Origin: a virus
Taxonomy: Duplodnaviria; Caudoviricetes
IMG/VR virus record: IMGVR_UViG_3300027759_000044
Reading direction: 5' to 3' (one strand)
Length of the DNA stretch: 64,000 nt
Part shown: in pieces, positions 27,103 to 36,400 of the stretch
How positions within the stretch are numbered: the stretch's first letter is position 1
How the letters are laid out: the number at the start of each line of letters is the position of its first letter
Notes under the pieces: generated by a model
Database searches by the model: none
What the model was told of the DNA's origin: nothing
The model's input: only the letters and a program-made list of their open reading frames with translations
Made by a program: the position numbers and the translations under genes

Positions 27103-29175
27103 TTATTCTGTATCAACCGCAGTTGAATAACTAGTAAAGCCATTTTCTTTAATTACTTTAAGAACACTAGGCACACGCCCAGCTAATTCTTCACGGTGAC
27201 TTACAAGCCAAATACTTTTCTGTCTGCGTCGGCTCATGTCTTTAAGAATAGCAATAGCATTCTCAACACCCATCGTGTCAAGACCACTATCAATCAATTC
27301 ATCAATAAACAATGTATTGATAGGGCGATACAATGATTCCCATACATCTCTAAACGCAAAGCTTAAACCAAGAATCAATCTATTACGTTCACCCCTTGAT
27401 AAGTTATCAAAGTCAAGTTCACGACCGAGCTCGGTAATCTCAACTTGTAAATCATTTTGAAATATAACCTGATGTGGTAAACCAATCTTATCTAAGTAAT
27501 GTGTCAATCGTGAATTCAAGTAACTTAAGTTCTGGTCAATAATCTTCTTACGAACAAAACTATCTTTGCTAACTAACAAATCTAACAAGAATTTTTGATG
27601 ATCCATTGTACGTGTTAACTTGTTAATTGCCTCAAAGTCAATTGATTGTAATGCGTTACTCTCCATCTCTACTACTTGTTCAGCGTATGGATCAGTCTCG
27701 GCACCTTTAGTGCCAATCTGAGTTAGTAAACTATTAACAGTAGAACGATGTTCAACTGCTTCTGCTTCTGTATCATAGTGTGTAATTGGTTGAGGCCCTA
27801 ATTCAATATAACTTAACTCATTAAGTTGTTCACTAAATGGATTAGATTCTTGTTTCTTATCTTCCCAAACTTTCTTCAGATTTGATACATCACCACTATG
27901 TCGAATAGCTTCTGCTTCAGTCTTATATGATGGAGTAGGCTTAGGACCAATATCTTTTAATGATGATTGATTAGTCTCTAAATGATCTTCCATCATTGCT
28001 AAATCAGCTTTGGTATTTTCAAGTAAGGTAGTCTTTTCTAATGTAACTTCTAAATGCTTGTCATCATGGAAGTCTTGACCACACGCATAACATTTATGAT
28101 CCTCTAATTCTTTAATTTCCCTAACCAATTTATCAATTAATTTTTTTTCTTTCGTGATATTTTTGGTTTGGGTATCAATTGCTGTAGCAATAGTCTTTTG
28201 GTCAGCTTCATCTACAAGCCACTCTTTTAAATCGGTCCATGATTTAAGTTCAGCTTCAATGTCATATTCATTTTTAAGAGAGTAAGCCTTATGTGCTATT
28301 GAAATATCTGTGTCATGTTTTTGTCGCCATGCAGTAGAACGTGCAACTAACGCATTGTATGCATCCTGTGCTTCTTTTTGCTTAATCCAAACATTCAAAT
28401 CTTTATGTGCTAGTAGTTCTGCTTCAATATTAATCTTGCTTAATTCACCATAGTCGGCAACTAATTTAGCAAGATCCTCATCATGCTTTGCTTTCCATAA
28501 CTTCTGTCTACGCTTCAAAGCTTCAATCTGTTCAGCTACACGTTTGTTAGCTTCTTCAATGCCCTTAACCCGATATTCTTCTTGTTGAATACTATCTTTA
28601 CTATCACGGATCATATTCTTAATGACCTCAGCTTTTTCACTTAACAAAGTAATGCCAAGCAATTGCTCAATGATATCACGTTGGTCATTAGTTTTCAATG
28701 CCAAGAATGGTTCACTGTAAGTATTCAACACAACAATATGTTTGAACATATCGGCACTCATATGAATAACACTTTCAATAGCTACTTGTGTTTCTTTATT
28801 CTCACCCTGTGCATCATCAGTATTCTTTTGTAAATCGTTGTTTACATAAAAACGTAAGATGTTGGGCTTGCGACCTCGTTCAATCTTATATTCAATACCG
28901 TCGACACTAAACTCTAGTGTAACCATCATGTTTTTGCCATTAGTACGATTGACTAAGTTATCTTTACGAATGCTATTGATTGGTACACCAAACAAGGCAT
29001 AGGATAGCCCCTGAATAAGGGTAGTTTTGCCTGTACCATTACGAGCACCGTCACCACCTAAGTCTAAGTTCTCACCTAGAATAAGTGTTAAGTCTTGTCG
29101 GTCAAAGCAAACTGCTTGAGTAACTTGTCCGATTGATAAAAAGTTTCGTAAGGTAATGTTCTTTAATGTAATCAT
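27103..29175 (-). CDS. gp46: Recombination endonuclease ATPase subunit, gp46/SbcC/Rad50 family (start revised from 29190)
   Basis: Walker A GARNGTGKTT, Zn hook CYAC, signature LSRGE, Walker B LFIDE with D-loop, H-loop LVSH; ATGA overlap with the upstream gene at 29172-29175. Confidence 0.95.
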   Translation of the reverse strand: MITLKNITLRNFLSIGQVTQAVCFDRQDLTLILGENLDLGGDGARNGTGKTTLIQGLSYALFGVPINSIRKDNLVNRTNGKNMMVTLEFSVDGIEYKIERGRKPNILRFYVNNDLQKNTDDAQGENKETQVAIESVIHMSADMFKHIVVLNTYSEPFLALKTNDQRDIIEQLLGITLLSEKAEVIKNMIRDSKDSIQQEEYRVKGIEEANKRVAEQIEALKRRQKLWKAKHDEDLAKLVADYGELSKINIEAELLAHKDLNVWIKQKEAQDAYNALVARSTAWRQKHDTDISIAHKAYSLKNEYDIEAELKSWTDLKEWLVDEADQKTIATAIDTQTKNITKEKKLIDKLVREIKELEDHKCYACGQDFHDDKHLEVTLEKTTLLENTKADLAMMEDHLETNQSSLKDIGPKPTPSYKTEAEAIRHSGDVSNLKKVWEDKKQESNPFSEQLNELSYIELGPQPITHYDTEAEAVEHRSTVNSLLTQIGTKGAETDPYAEQVVEMESNALQSIDFEAINKLTRTMDHQKFLLDLLVSKDSFVRKKIIDQNLSYLNSRLTHYLDKIGLPHQVIFQNDLQVEITELGRELDFDNLSRGERNRLILGLSFAFRDVWESLYRPINTLFIDELIDSGLDTMGVENAIAILKDMSRRRQKSIWLVSHREELAGRVPSVLKVIKENGFTSYSTAVDTE

Positions 29176-29873
29176 ATTTTGTATTTCCAATGAGACAAAT
29201 CTTTTTTAGTAAAATCCTCAAGATATGAGATTTTATAATTTAGGTAAGATATTAAATTTTTAGATAATATTATTTTTGTAAGATGATCCGTTTTAAGAAT
29301 TATTTTTTTACCAAGGTCATCATCATAGTGACTTTTTATTTCTAAAAAATCACAAACATCTCCTACAAATTGCCTTGGATTATTAATTATATCATCATAA
29401 AACATAATCTTTAAGTTGAATTTACTCCAATGAGTTAAAATTTTTTCGTAATTGGTTAGACATAATAAATTTTTATTGTATAGAGTAAAAAAATGTTCCG
29501 GGGAACTAAGATCCTTCATAGCAAAGTTATACCAAGACTCTAATAACTCATATGGATTACGAAAAATTAAACTTAAATGGGATGTTTTTTCTAAAATTTC
29601 TTTGTTTAAGTTGTCAAAAAACCAAGTGTCAAAATTTAAAGAAATATTATAATTTTCATAAAATTTTAGATACTCATCACTTGTATTAAATTTTTTCTCT
29701 TTGATACTATGATTGGTGTTTAATCTGTTATTATTATCAACAATACACTCTATTTTGTCATTGTTTGTTCTGGATGTAAAAAAATCTATGTCAGGGTGCG
29801 TTGATAATTGTAACCAAAGCCAAGTTGTTCCTGTTTTTGGAAGGCCGATATTACGATAATGTACTAACTTCAT
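29172..29873 (-). CDS. Sulfotransferase-family protein
   Basis: 5'-PSB motif IGLPKTGTTWLWLQLSTHPDI, 3'-PB-like IFRNPYELLESWYNF, and MFYDDI...PRQFVGDVCDFL. Confidence 0.8.
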   Translation of the reverse strand: MKLVHYRNIGLPKTGTTWLWLQLSTHPDIDFFTSRTNNDKIECIVDNNNRLNTNHSIKEKKFNTSDEYLKFYENYNISLNFDTWFFDNLNKEILEKTSHLSLIFRNPYELLESWYNFAMKDLSSPEHFFTLYNKNLLCLTNYEKILTHWSKFNLKIMFYDDIINNPRQFVGDVCDFLEIKSHYDDDLGKKIILKTDHLTKIILSKNLISYLNYKISYLEDFTKKDLSHWKYKI

Positions 29874-30883
29874 AGGTTATTATAAATGTCCAACAATAGT
29901 TTTTTGTCAAAAGTATTTGATTCAATTGAATTAATTTGGTCAATGACAATTTGGTCAACTGACTCAAACCGTAATCCATCTGAACCGGCTATCTCTGTTT
30001 GTTCTGCTTTCATTGGTATCAATGCCATTTCTCTTAGTTTATGTTCTGGTATTAATGTTTCTCTAATGAAGTTAGCTTCTTCATAACTAATATCAATATC
30101 AAGATGTACTCTAACATGACTGTCAATCAATAGCAAGCCCTCAGGGTTTTCTAGTACATCACTTAGTTTATATACACGATAGAGAGGTTGACGCGGCCAA
30201 CTAAAGAATTGAGGGTCTTGTCCCCATTCTAGTACCATCATACCACGTGCGTCATCACCTGCGTCAGCATAGTTATGTGGAAAAGCATTACCAATATACC
30301 ACACATTCTTTTTGCTTTGACGTTTATGGAAATGACCACTGAATACTTTATCAAACCCATTTAAATGTTCACTATTAAGTTCACCATGATCGGGCATCTC
30401 TATCATAGCATTCATATAGAAGTGAGGCAATTCAAAATGACCAAACATATATTTGCCACTTAGTTTTTTTAATTTCTTGTAATCATCTTGTACAAGCCAG
30501 GGCGCAATGACTACATCTCCTTGTTGGAAGAAGTCGTTGATGATTTTAACGTTTGGTAAATGTTTAGCCCACTCAACGCTATGAATGTCCCTGCGATCAC
30601 GATAATAAAGATCGTGATTGCCTGGTATAAAATATACAGTATCAAAGTTAGCATTTAGTTTCTCCAGAGCCTGTAGCCCAAATTGTAGTGTATGAATGTT
30701 AATACTTGCTCTATGATGATTATAATCACCTAAGAAGAAACAAGTTTCACATCCCTCAGCTTTTGCTTTAGTAATGAACCAATCTACGAAATTGGCACAG
30801 TCTTGATTATGTTGTAAGCTGTTTGACTTCAATCCAAAATGAATATCGGTGAATACAGCGGCTTTTTTGAAAAGGTTACTCAT
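29870..30883 (-). CDS. gp47: Recombination endonuclease nuclease subunit, gp47/SbcD/Mre11 family
   Basis: Metallophosphoesterase motifs FTDIHFG, LGDYNH, PGNHD, GHFE, FSGHFH. Confidence 0.95.
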   Translation of the reverse strand: MSNLFKKAAVFTDIHFGLKSNSLQHNQDCANFVDWFITKAKAEGCETCFFLGDYNHHRASINIHTLQFGLQALEKLNANFDTVYFIPGNHDLYYRDRRDIHSVEWAKHLPNVKIINDFFQQGDVVIAPWLVQDDYKKLKKLSGKYMFGHFELPHFYMNAMIEMPDHGELNSEHLNGFDKVFSGHFHKRQSKKNVWYIGNAFPHNYADAGDDARGMMVLEWGQDPQFFSWPRQPLYRVYKLSDVLENPEGLLLIDSHVRVHLDIDISYEEANFIRETLIPEHKLREMALIPMKAEQTEIAGSDGLRFESVDQIVIDQINSIESNTFDKKLLLDIYNNL

Positions 30884-30889
30884 GTGTTT

Positions 30890-30918
30890 ATTATATAGGA
30901 TATGGCACTACAAAGCAA
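30890..30918 (-). promoter_or_regulatory. Sigma70-type promoter TTGCTT-N17-TATAAT (leaderless gp47)
   Basis: -35 at 30913-30918, -10 at 30890-30895, ATG 6 nt downstream, no SD. Confidence 0.75.
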
Positions 30919-30932
30919 TGCCATTGGACAAA

Positions 30933-31844
30933 TTATTCTTCGTAAACTGTACTACTTGACCCAGAACCTTGACGACTCCAACTTGGGTTAAGACCGTTAA
31001 TCTCTAAGATATCGTCACGTATGTTTTGATTACGCTTCTCTGTATTCAATACACGACAGAAACTATTTGTTATAGCAGCCGTATAATAAGCGAATGGGTT
31101 TGCTGATTTAGCTTCATTGAATCGTAAACCAACATATGTTAGTTGAAGGATAGCACTATTACGCATCTCATCATTATATGTATACCCACGCCAATTATAT
31201 TTCATTGCGTATTTTTCGCACATCATAATATACATACGGGCAAGTTTGTTTGTGATTTTGCCATGATCTTTGTTGAATGCACCAGTAGCTAGATCACCTT
31301 CCCAATGACTTTTGCCCACACAATAGAATGTATTATTTTCGTCAATTTTATAATGTTGGAATGGGGGAAAGTTTACTTTAACATGAACCATGTCATCTAC
31401 TTCAGCTTTAGTTGTGTTATCTTCTAGGTCAGCAAAGATTTCATCTGGATTTGGTTCCTCAAACTCAAAAATATCTTTTGCTGTTTTCTTTTTAACTGTT
31501 TTGCGTGGCTGCTTTGGTGCGACTGGAACATGATCCCAGTTCATTACACGAAATATTAAATCGGTTAATGGTATAGAATCAGGGGAAACTGAATCTTTAC
31601 TACCTTGTTCTAAACTAAGACGTAGTGCCCGTGTTTCTTTTGCTACTTGAATTGTTTCGGGTTTGAAAGCGTATGCTAGACTCTCGTCTAGTGGTGCTTG
31701 GGGCATGTCTACAATAAAATCATAACGATGATATTCTGGTTTAGTAAAACAACAATATGCGTTTTTACTTTCGTGTATCTCTTTTAGAATATCTTTATTA
31801 TTGAGATAGTTGACGGGTTTGCGTGGCGCGGGTAGTAGAGACAT
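30933..31844 (-). CDS. gp55: Late-transcription sigma factor, gp55-like (303 aa; start revised from 31877)
   Basis: NYLNNKDILKEI, YNWRGYTYNDEM, FNEAKSANPFAYYTAAITNSFCRVLNTEKRNQNIRD; AAGGA SD before ATG 31844. Confidence 0.88.
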   Translation of the reverse strand: MSLLPAPRKPVNYLNNKDILKEIHESKNAYCCFTKPEYHRYDFIVDMPQAPLDESLAYAFKPETIQVAKETRALRLSLEQGSKDSVSPDSIPLTDLIFRVMNWDHVPVAPKQPRKTVKKKTAKDIFEFEEPNPDEIFADLEDNTTKAEVDDMVHVKVNFPPFQHYKIDENNTFYCVGKSHWEGDLATGAFNKDHGKITNKLARMYIMMCEKYAMKYNWRGYTYNDEMRNSAILQLTYVGLRFNEAKSANPFAYYTAAITNSFCRVLNTEKRNQNIRDDILEINGLNPSWSRQGSGSSSTVYEE

Positions 31845-31867
31845 AGTTTCCTTGTTATGTTTGATGT

Positions 31868-31896
31868 AGTGTAACACATTAGTTGTAGAAAAGCAA
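31868..31896 (-). promoter_or_regulatory. Sigma70-type promoter TTGCTT-N17-TACACT with extended TG
   Basis: -35 at 31891-31896 and -10 at 31868-31873, upstream of gp55. Confidence 0.65.
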
Positions 31897-31931
31897 CAAT
31901 TTTTTAGAGAAAAGGGAAAAAGCAGTACTTT

Positions 31932-31945
31932 TATTTAGCTAAATA
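31932..31945. promoter_or_regulatory. Palindromic back-to-back late promoters TATTTAGCTAAATA
   Basis: A perfect 14-bp palindrome giving CTAAATA on both strands, between divergent gp55 and gp48-like genes. Confidence 0.7.
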
Positions 31946-31965
31946 CAGTAACAAGGATTGATCCG

Positions 31966-33411
31966 ATGCCTATTGAAAATAACAGTAATTATAACTACCC
32001 TATCACTGTAGCAGGCCCTACCGCTTTTACGGCAACTGCCACGTCAGACACGGCTGCAGGCGCAGAAGAAACGGCAAGAAAGCAAGCTTTTATTAAAGCT
32101 ACTTCTACGTATGGAGTAGGTACTACTCAAATAGTAGGTCAAGAGGAAGTTAAAGTTAGATTAAATAATGATCCTGAGACTTATGGTAGTGGGGTGCCAA
32201 CAACCTATACCGCAACATATACTATTCAAGCAGAACAAATAGCCCCGGCAAAAACTCCTGACCCTGTACCAGTAGCTACCCCACCAGAGACCCAAGTAAC
32301 AACTACACCTCCCTTTACACCACCGCCAATAGATAATCAAACAGTAGTTCCAGTAGTAGCTCCTGACCCTCCGCCTAATTTTGCACCAGTAGTTGCACCA
32401 GCTACAATTCCAGACAATCCGGGACTTGATGACGGGCCCCAAATACCAAACCCTGTTAAATTGGTATCACAAGAAATACCTATTGGTAATCAAACAACTG
32501 ATGTAATTACACCTCCTTCAGCAAATCAACCTTCTAATTTACAAATTGCTAGTGTTGTTGCTGTTCAAGGACTTCAGGCTAATAAGAATCCAGCAGTTTC
32601 TGAACAATCAAGACAAGATGCAGTAAATAAAAAAACAACAGATGATTGGCGAGTAAGATTAAGTTTAGCACCAAACACAAACTACTTATATAATGCAACT
32701 CCTGCAGGTATATTAGAGCCATTACAAAATACGGATGGTGTTGTTTTTCCTTATGTACCACAAATACAAGTTTCATACGCTGCCAATTATGAAACGTCAG
32801 ATATTGTACATAGTAATTATAAAATGATTCAATATAAAAATAGTGCAGTAGATCAAATAACCATAACCGGCGATTTTACCGCCCAAGATGCATTTGAAGC
32901 AAATTACTTATTAGCAGTAATACATTTCTTTAGATCGGTTACTAAAATGTTTTATGGTAAAGACCAGGTTCCCAAACCAGGCACGCCCCCACCGTTATGT
33001 TATTTGCATGGGTTAGGAGATTTTCAATTTAATTATCATCCATTAGTTATTAGTTCATTTAATTATAGCTTGCCGAACGATGTGGACTATATACGTGCAA
33101 GCAGTCCTACATTGGCACCCGGAGCTGACTCAACTGCATATAATCTTAAGGGTGGACCACAATCAGCGGGAAACATTAGGATGAAACAAGGAGAAAAACC
33201 ATTGAATACGGGTGCAACAGTATCACCGGCTAACTTTCCAAATAAAGCAACAAACACACAACCAACATATGTACCTACTAAAATGAGCATCTCAATAACA
33301 GCCTTCCCGATAGTAACTAGAAATAATATTAGTAATACTTTTAGTTTAGAAAAATATGCAACTGGCGCATTATTAGAGGGTAATAAACTTAAGGGCGGGG
33401 GAATTTGGTAA
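31966..33411 (+). CDS. Baseplate tail-tube cap or initiator, gp48/gp54-like, with an N-terminal domain and Pro/Thr linker
   Basis: DWRVRLSL, GVVFPYVPQIQVSYAANY, ITITGDFTAQD, HFFRSVTKMFYG, GTPPPLCYLHG, VISSFNYSLPNDVDYI; first gene of the baseplate operon. Confidence 0.65.
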   Translation: MPIENNSNYNYPITVAGPTAFTATATSDTAAGAEETARKQAFIKATSTYGVGTTQIVGQEEVKVRLNNDPETYGSGVPTTYTATYTIQAEQIAPAKTPDPVPVATPPETQVTTTPPFTPPPIDNQTVVPVVAPDPPPNFAPVVAPATIPDNPGLDDGPQIPNPVKLVSQEIPIGNQTTDVITPPSANQPSNLQIASVVAVQGLQANKNPAVSEQSRQDAVNKKTTDDWRVRLSLAPNTNYLYNATPAGILEPLQNTDGVVFPYVPQIQVSYAANYETSDIVHSNYKMIQYKNSAVDQITITGDFTAQDAFEANYLLAVIHFFRSVTKMFYGKDQVPKPGTPPPLCYLHGLGDFQFNYHPLVISSFNYSLPNDVDYIRASSPTLAPGADSTAYNLKGGPQSAGNIRMKQGEKPLNTGATVSPANFPNKATNTQPTYVPTKMSISITAFPIVTRNNISNTFSLEKYATGALLEGNKLKGGGIW

Positions 33412-33722
33412 TGGCAAATAACACATCATATCCAGCAACAAGTCCATATTATTCAACTGACATAGTTAATAGTAAGTTTTTAGATGTAATGATAGATAGA
33501 CCTATCGTTAAAGACCAATCAGATATATATTGGGAGATTACATTAGTATATGAATATCGTCCTGATTTATTAGCATTTGACTTATATGCTGATAGTAGAT
33601 TGTGGTGGGTATTTGCTAGCAGAAATCCAAATAGATTAAAAGATCCAATGTTTGATTTTGTCACAGGTTTGGGAATTTACTTGCCTAAAGCAGAGATGTT
33701 AACACAAATATTGGGACTATAA
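33411..33722 (+). CDS. gp53: Baseplate wedge LysM-like subunit, gp53-like (start revised from 33405)
   Basis: YEYRPDLLAFDLYADSRLWWVFASRN...GIYLP; TAATG overlap with the upstream gene. Confidence 0.8.
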   Translation: MANNTSYPATSPYYSTDIVNSKFLDVMIDRPIVKDQSDIYWEITLVYEYRPDLLAFDLYADSRLWWVFASRNPNRLKDPMFDFVTGLGIYLPKAEMLTQILGL

Positions 33723-36386
33723 ATGTATTCTATTAATATACAAGCCAATACCGGACTTTGGATAGTAATTGATGATACTACCGGTAAAACTATTAGTAGA
33801 GGAGCCGACCCGTTAATAGCCATTAATCTTGCTATTGAAAAGGGCATGCCAAGCACCTTTAAGGAGCCATTATTATCTCAAGCTGAGATAATAGAGAAAA
33901 AAAAGAAAGAAGAATTAGACGCTAGACTTGCTGCCGACGAAGCCGAACGAAACGCACGTGAAGCATCAAACAATAATCCAACCAATCTTAAGGGCTCCGC
34001 TGACAGTGATAGCGGTAGTGAAGCTAAAAATACTCAAGCTAAAAACAATCCTCCTAATGCTAGCGGTGTGTATAATGAAAATAGTAATGAAATGGAAGTG
34101 CAAGCTAAAAATTATGCGGGTTCTACTCAAGCAGGATCAGCTAATGTTGCAACAAAAAGACCAGGGTACACAACAGGTGACCTCCCTGGATTAAGAATAC
34201 AAAATCCATTATCAAATCTATCTAGTTATACATATCAGACAACATTATATATGATAACACCTGATGCTTATACTGCCTTTATTGAATCGGGTAGAACTAA
34301 TATTGATGCAATTAAAAAAGCAGTAACCACGTCGGCTGCTGCCGCAGTAAAAGCTAGTGAATCAGGCGCATATATTGTTGCACAAAGTGGTGGAATAGGA
34401 CCCACACAACAAAGAATACCAGGGGCCGAATTTGACTTTTATATAGATGAGTTAAAAATTTATAATTACCTACAAGGTTCGGCTACTACTACATCATCTA
34501 ATGATTATAAGATAACTTTTAATATATATGAACCGCAAGGATTTTCATTAATAACAAAATTAACTAATGCATCAGATCACTTAAGATCCGTTAGTAAAGT
34601 AAAAAACTTTAATAAACAATCTAATCCAACTAGACACTTTTTTATTCTAGGTTTACGTTTTCAAGGGTACGACGAAGCCGGACAAGTTCTAACAAAAAAA
34701 ACATTCCCTCAGGATAATTTTAATTCAGATTCAGGTGGAGTGTTTGAAAGATTTTTTGACATTGAAATTAGAAGTTTTAAATTTAAACTTGACGGAAAAG
34801 TAACAGTTTATAATATTGAATCAGTAGTTATTGGTCCGGGTACAGCTATGGGCGTTAAACGAGGTAGAATAGATAGTGGAGCAACAGTTCAAGGAGAGAC
34901 CGTAGATCAAGCATTGCAAGGAAAGGACGGATTATTAACAAAATTAAACAAACAATTAAAAGAACGGGCAGATGCAGATCCAAACAAAGTAAGTGTACCA
35001 TCAGAATATAAATTAGTTTACTTGGGCCCTGGTACAAAAGAATTAATAGGTGACTCACCAATTGTTAATATAACCAATTTGGTTAAAAATACATGGCCAA
35101 TGGGTGAGGGAATACAAGATATTAGAGGTGTGAATGAAAATGCCTCAGTTAGATTACTTCCTAATAGTAATCAACGTAGTATTACATGGAAAAATGGAGT
35201 AAGCATAATGCAAGCAGTACAAGATATTATCACCCAAAGTGATTATATGCTTGACGCATTAACTGCAATTATACCTAATCAAGAAGAACCAAATCCAAAA
35301 CCAAACAGTGAAAGCAAAAAGAGAGGTACCAAAACACCCGGTATATTTAGATGGTATAATCTAAGTGCAGAAGTAAAGGTTAAAGAGTTTGATACTTCAA
35401 TTAAAGATTTTGCATATGAAATTACATATATCATTCAACCATATGATACTCCTTATGTAAGAAGTAAACATTTAACCGCCACTAAAGAATATTATGGAGC
35501 ACATAAACGATATGATTATTGGTATACTGGAAAAAACTCGGAAATATTATCATATGAACAAACTATGAATAACGCATTTTTCAATGCTACTTTAAATCCC
35601 GGAACCGCAACTGGTAACGATGATGTTCCTAGTAGTCCGGGAAAATTTACTAATGAAACTAAAACTACACAGTTGAATGTGAGTAAACAAGCACAAAATT
35701 CTGTATTAGCTAGTTTATTTAGTGTAGCTGATTATGCTCAAGTTAAGCTTACTATTATGGGCGATCCGGATTATTTAATGACCGAGTCATCTGGTAGTCC
35801 TAATGCAGTATATCGTCAATTTTATGGTCAAGATTTTACTATTAATCCAAACGGTGGTCAAGTTTTTATTGAGATTGATTTTAAAGAAGCAGAAGATTAT
35901 GGTACAAATGGGTTGTTAACGGTCAACCAATCCGTATTGTTTTGGAATTATCCCAAACAAATAAAAGATATTGTTAAAGGTATTAGCTATGTTGTAGTAC
36001 AAGTACAGCATAGTTTCAGTAAAGGTAAATTTACACAAGAATTAACATGTAGAATTAATCCGTTTAATAATTACAACGATCCAGAACTATATCGTTCTGC
36101 TGCATCAGATCCTAATACTAATATTGGTTCCGAAGTAGAAGCAGGCGTACGTACCTCAGAAACACAAGGCGGCGGAGTTGATAAAACACAAACTGCAGGT
36201 AATACTGGACTTAAAGGAGATCCGATAGTACAACCGGTAAATCCTGAATTAGGAAATCAAGGCGGTACTTCTAATCAACCGTCCGTTCTAGCCAGCTCAC
36301 CTAATGATGATAGAGACCCGCCACCAGCTGTTGTTATAGCAAGTCAAGGAAGAGAGCCACCTGAATCATCTGGAAATGGAGCTTAA
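33723..36386 (+). CDS. Baseplate hub protein (gp27/VgrG-N-like), 887 aa
   Basis: Sits between gp53 and gp5; NPLSNLSSYTYQTTLY, FNIYEPQGFSL, LRFQGYD, RYDYWYTGKN, LTIMGDPDYL, HSFSKGKFTQEL. Confidence 0.6.
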   Translation: MYSINIQANTGLWIVIDDTTGKTISRGADPLIAINLAIEKGMPSTFKEPLLSQAEIIEKKKKEELDARLAADEAERNAREASNNNPTNLKGSADSDSGSEAKNTQAKNNPPNASGVYNENSNEMEVQAKNYAGSTQAGSANVATKRPGYTTGDLPGLRIQNPLSNLSSYTYQTTLYMITPDAYTAFIESGRTNIDAIKKAVTTSAAAAVKASESGAYIVAQSGGIGPTQQRIPGAEFDFYIDELKIYNYLQGSATTTSSNDYKITFNIYEPQGFSLITKLTNASDHLRSVSKVKNFNKQSNPTRHFFILGLRFQGYDEAGQVLTKKTFPQDNFNSDSGGVFERFFDIEIRSFKFKLDGKVTVYNIESVVIGPGTAMGVKRGRIDSGATVQGETVDQALQGKDGLLTKLNKQLKERADADPNKVSVPSEYKLVYLGPGTKELIGDSPIVNITNLVKNTWPMGEGIQDIRGVNENASVRLLPNSNQRSITWKNGVSIMQAVQDIITQSDYMLDALTAIIPNQEEPNPKPNSESKKRGTKTPGIFRWYNLSAEVKVKEFDTSIKDFAYEITYIIQPYDTPYVRSKHLTATKEYYGAHKRYDYWYTGKNSEILSYEQTMNNAFFNATLNPGTATGNDDVPSSPGKFTNETKTTQLNVSKQAQNSVLASLFSVADYAQVKLTIMGDPDYLMTESSGSPNAVYRQFYGQDFTINPNGGQVFIEIDFKEAEDYGTNGLLTVNQSVLFWNYPKQIKDIVKGISYVVVQVQHSFSKGKFTQELTCRINPFNNYNDPELYRSAASDPNTNIGSEVEAGVRTSETQGGGVDKTQTAGNTGLKGDPIVQPVNPELGNQGGTSNQPSVLASSPNDDRDPPPAVVIASQGREPPESSGNGA

Positions 36387-36400
36387 CTTAAAGAAATATT

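Noticed and set aside
20313..33410. Longest-ORF starts in the track at 20387, 24933, 27143, 29190, 31877 and 33405
   Set aside because: Downstream ATGs at 20312, 24966, 27068, 29175, 31844 and 33411 fit SD, promoter spacing or stop/start overlaps better.
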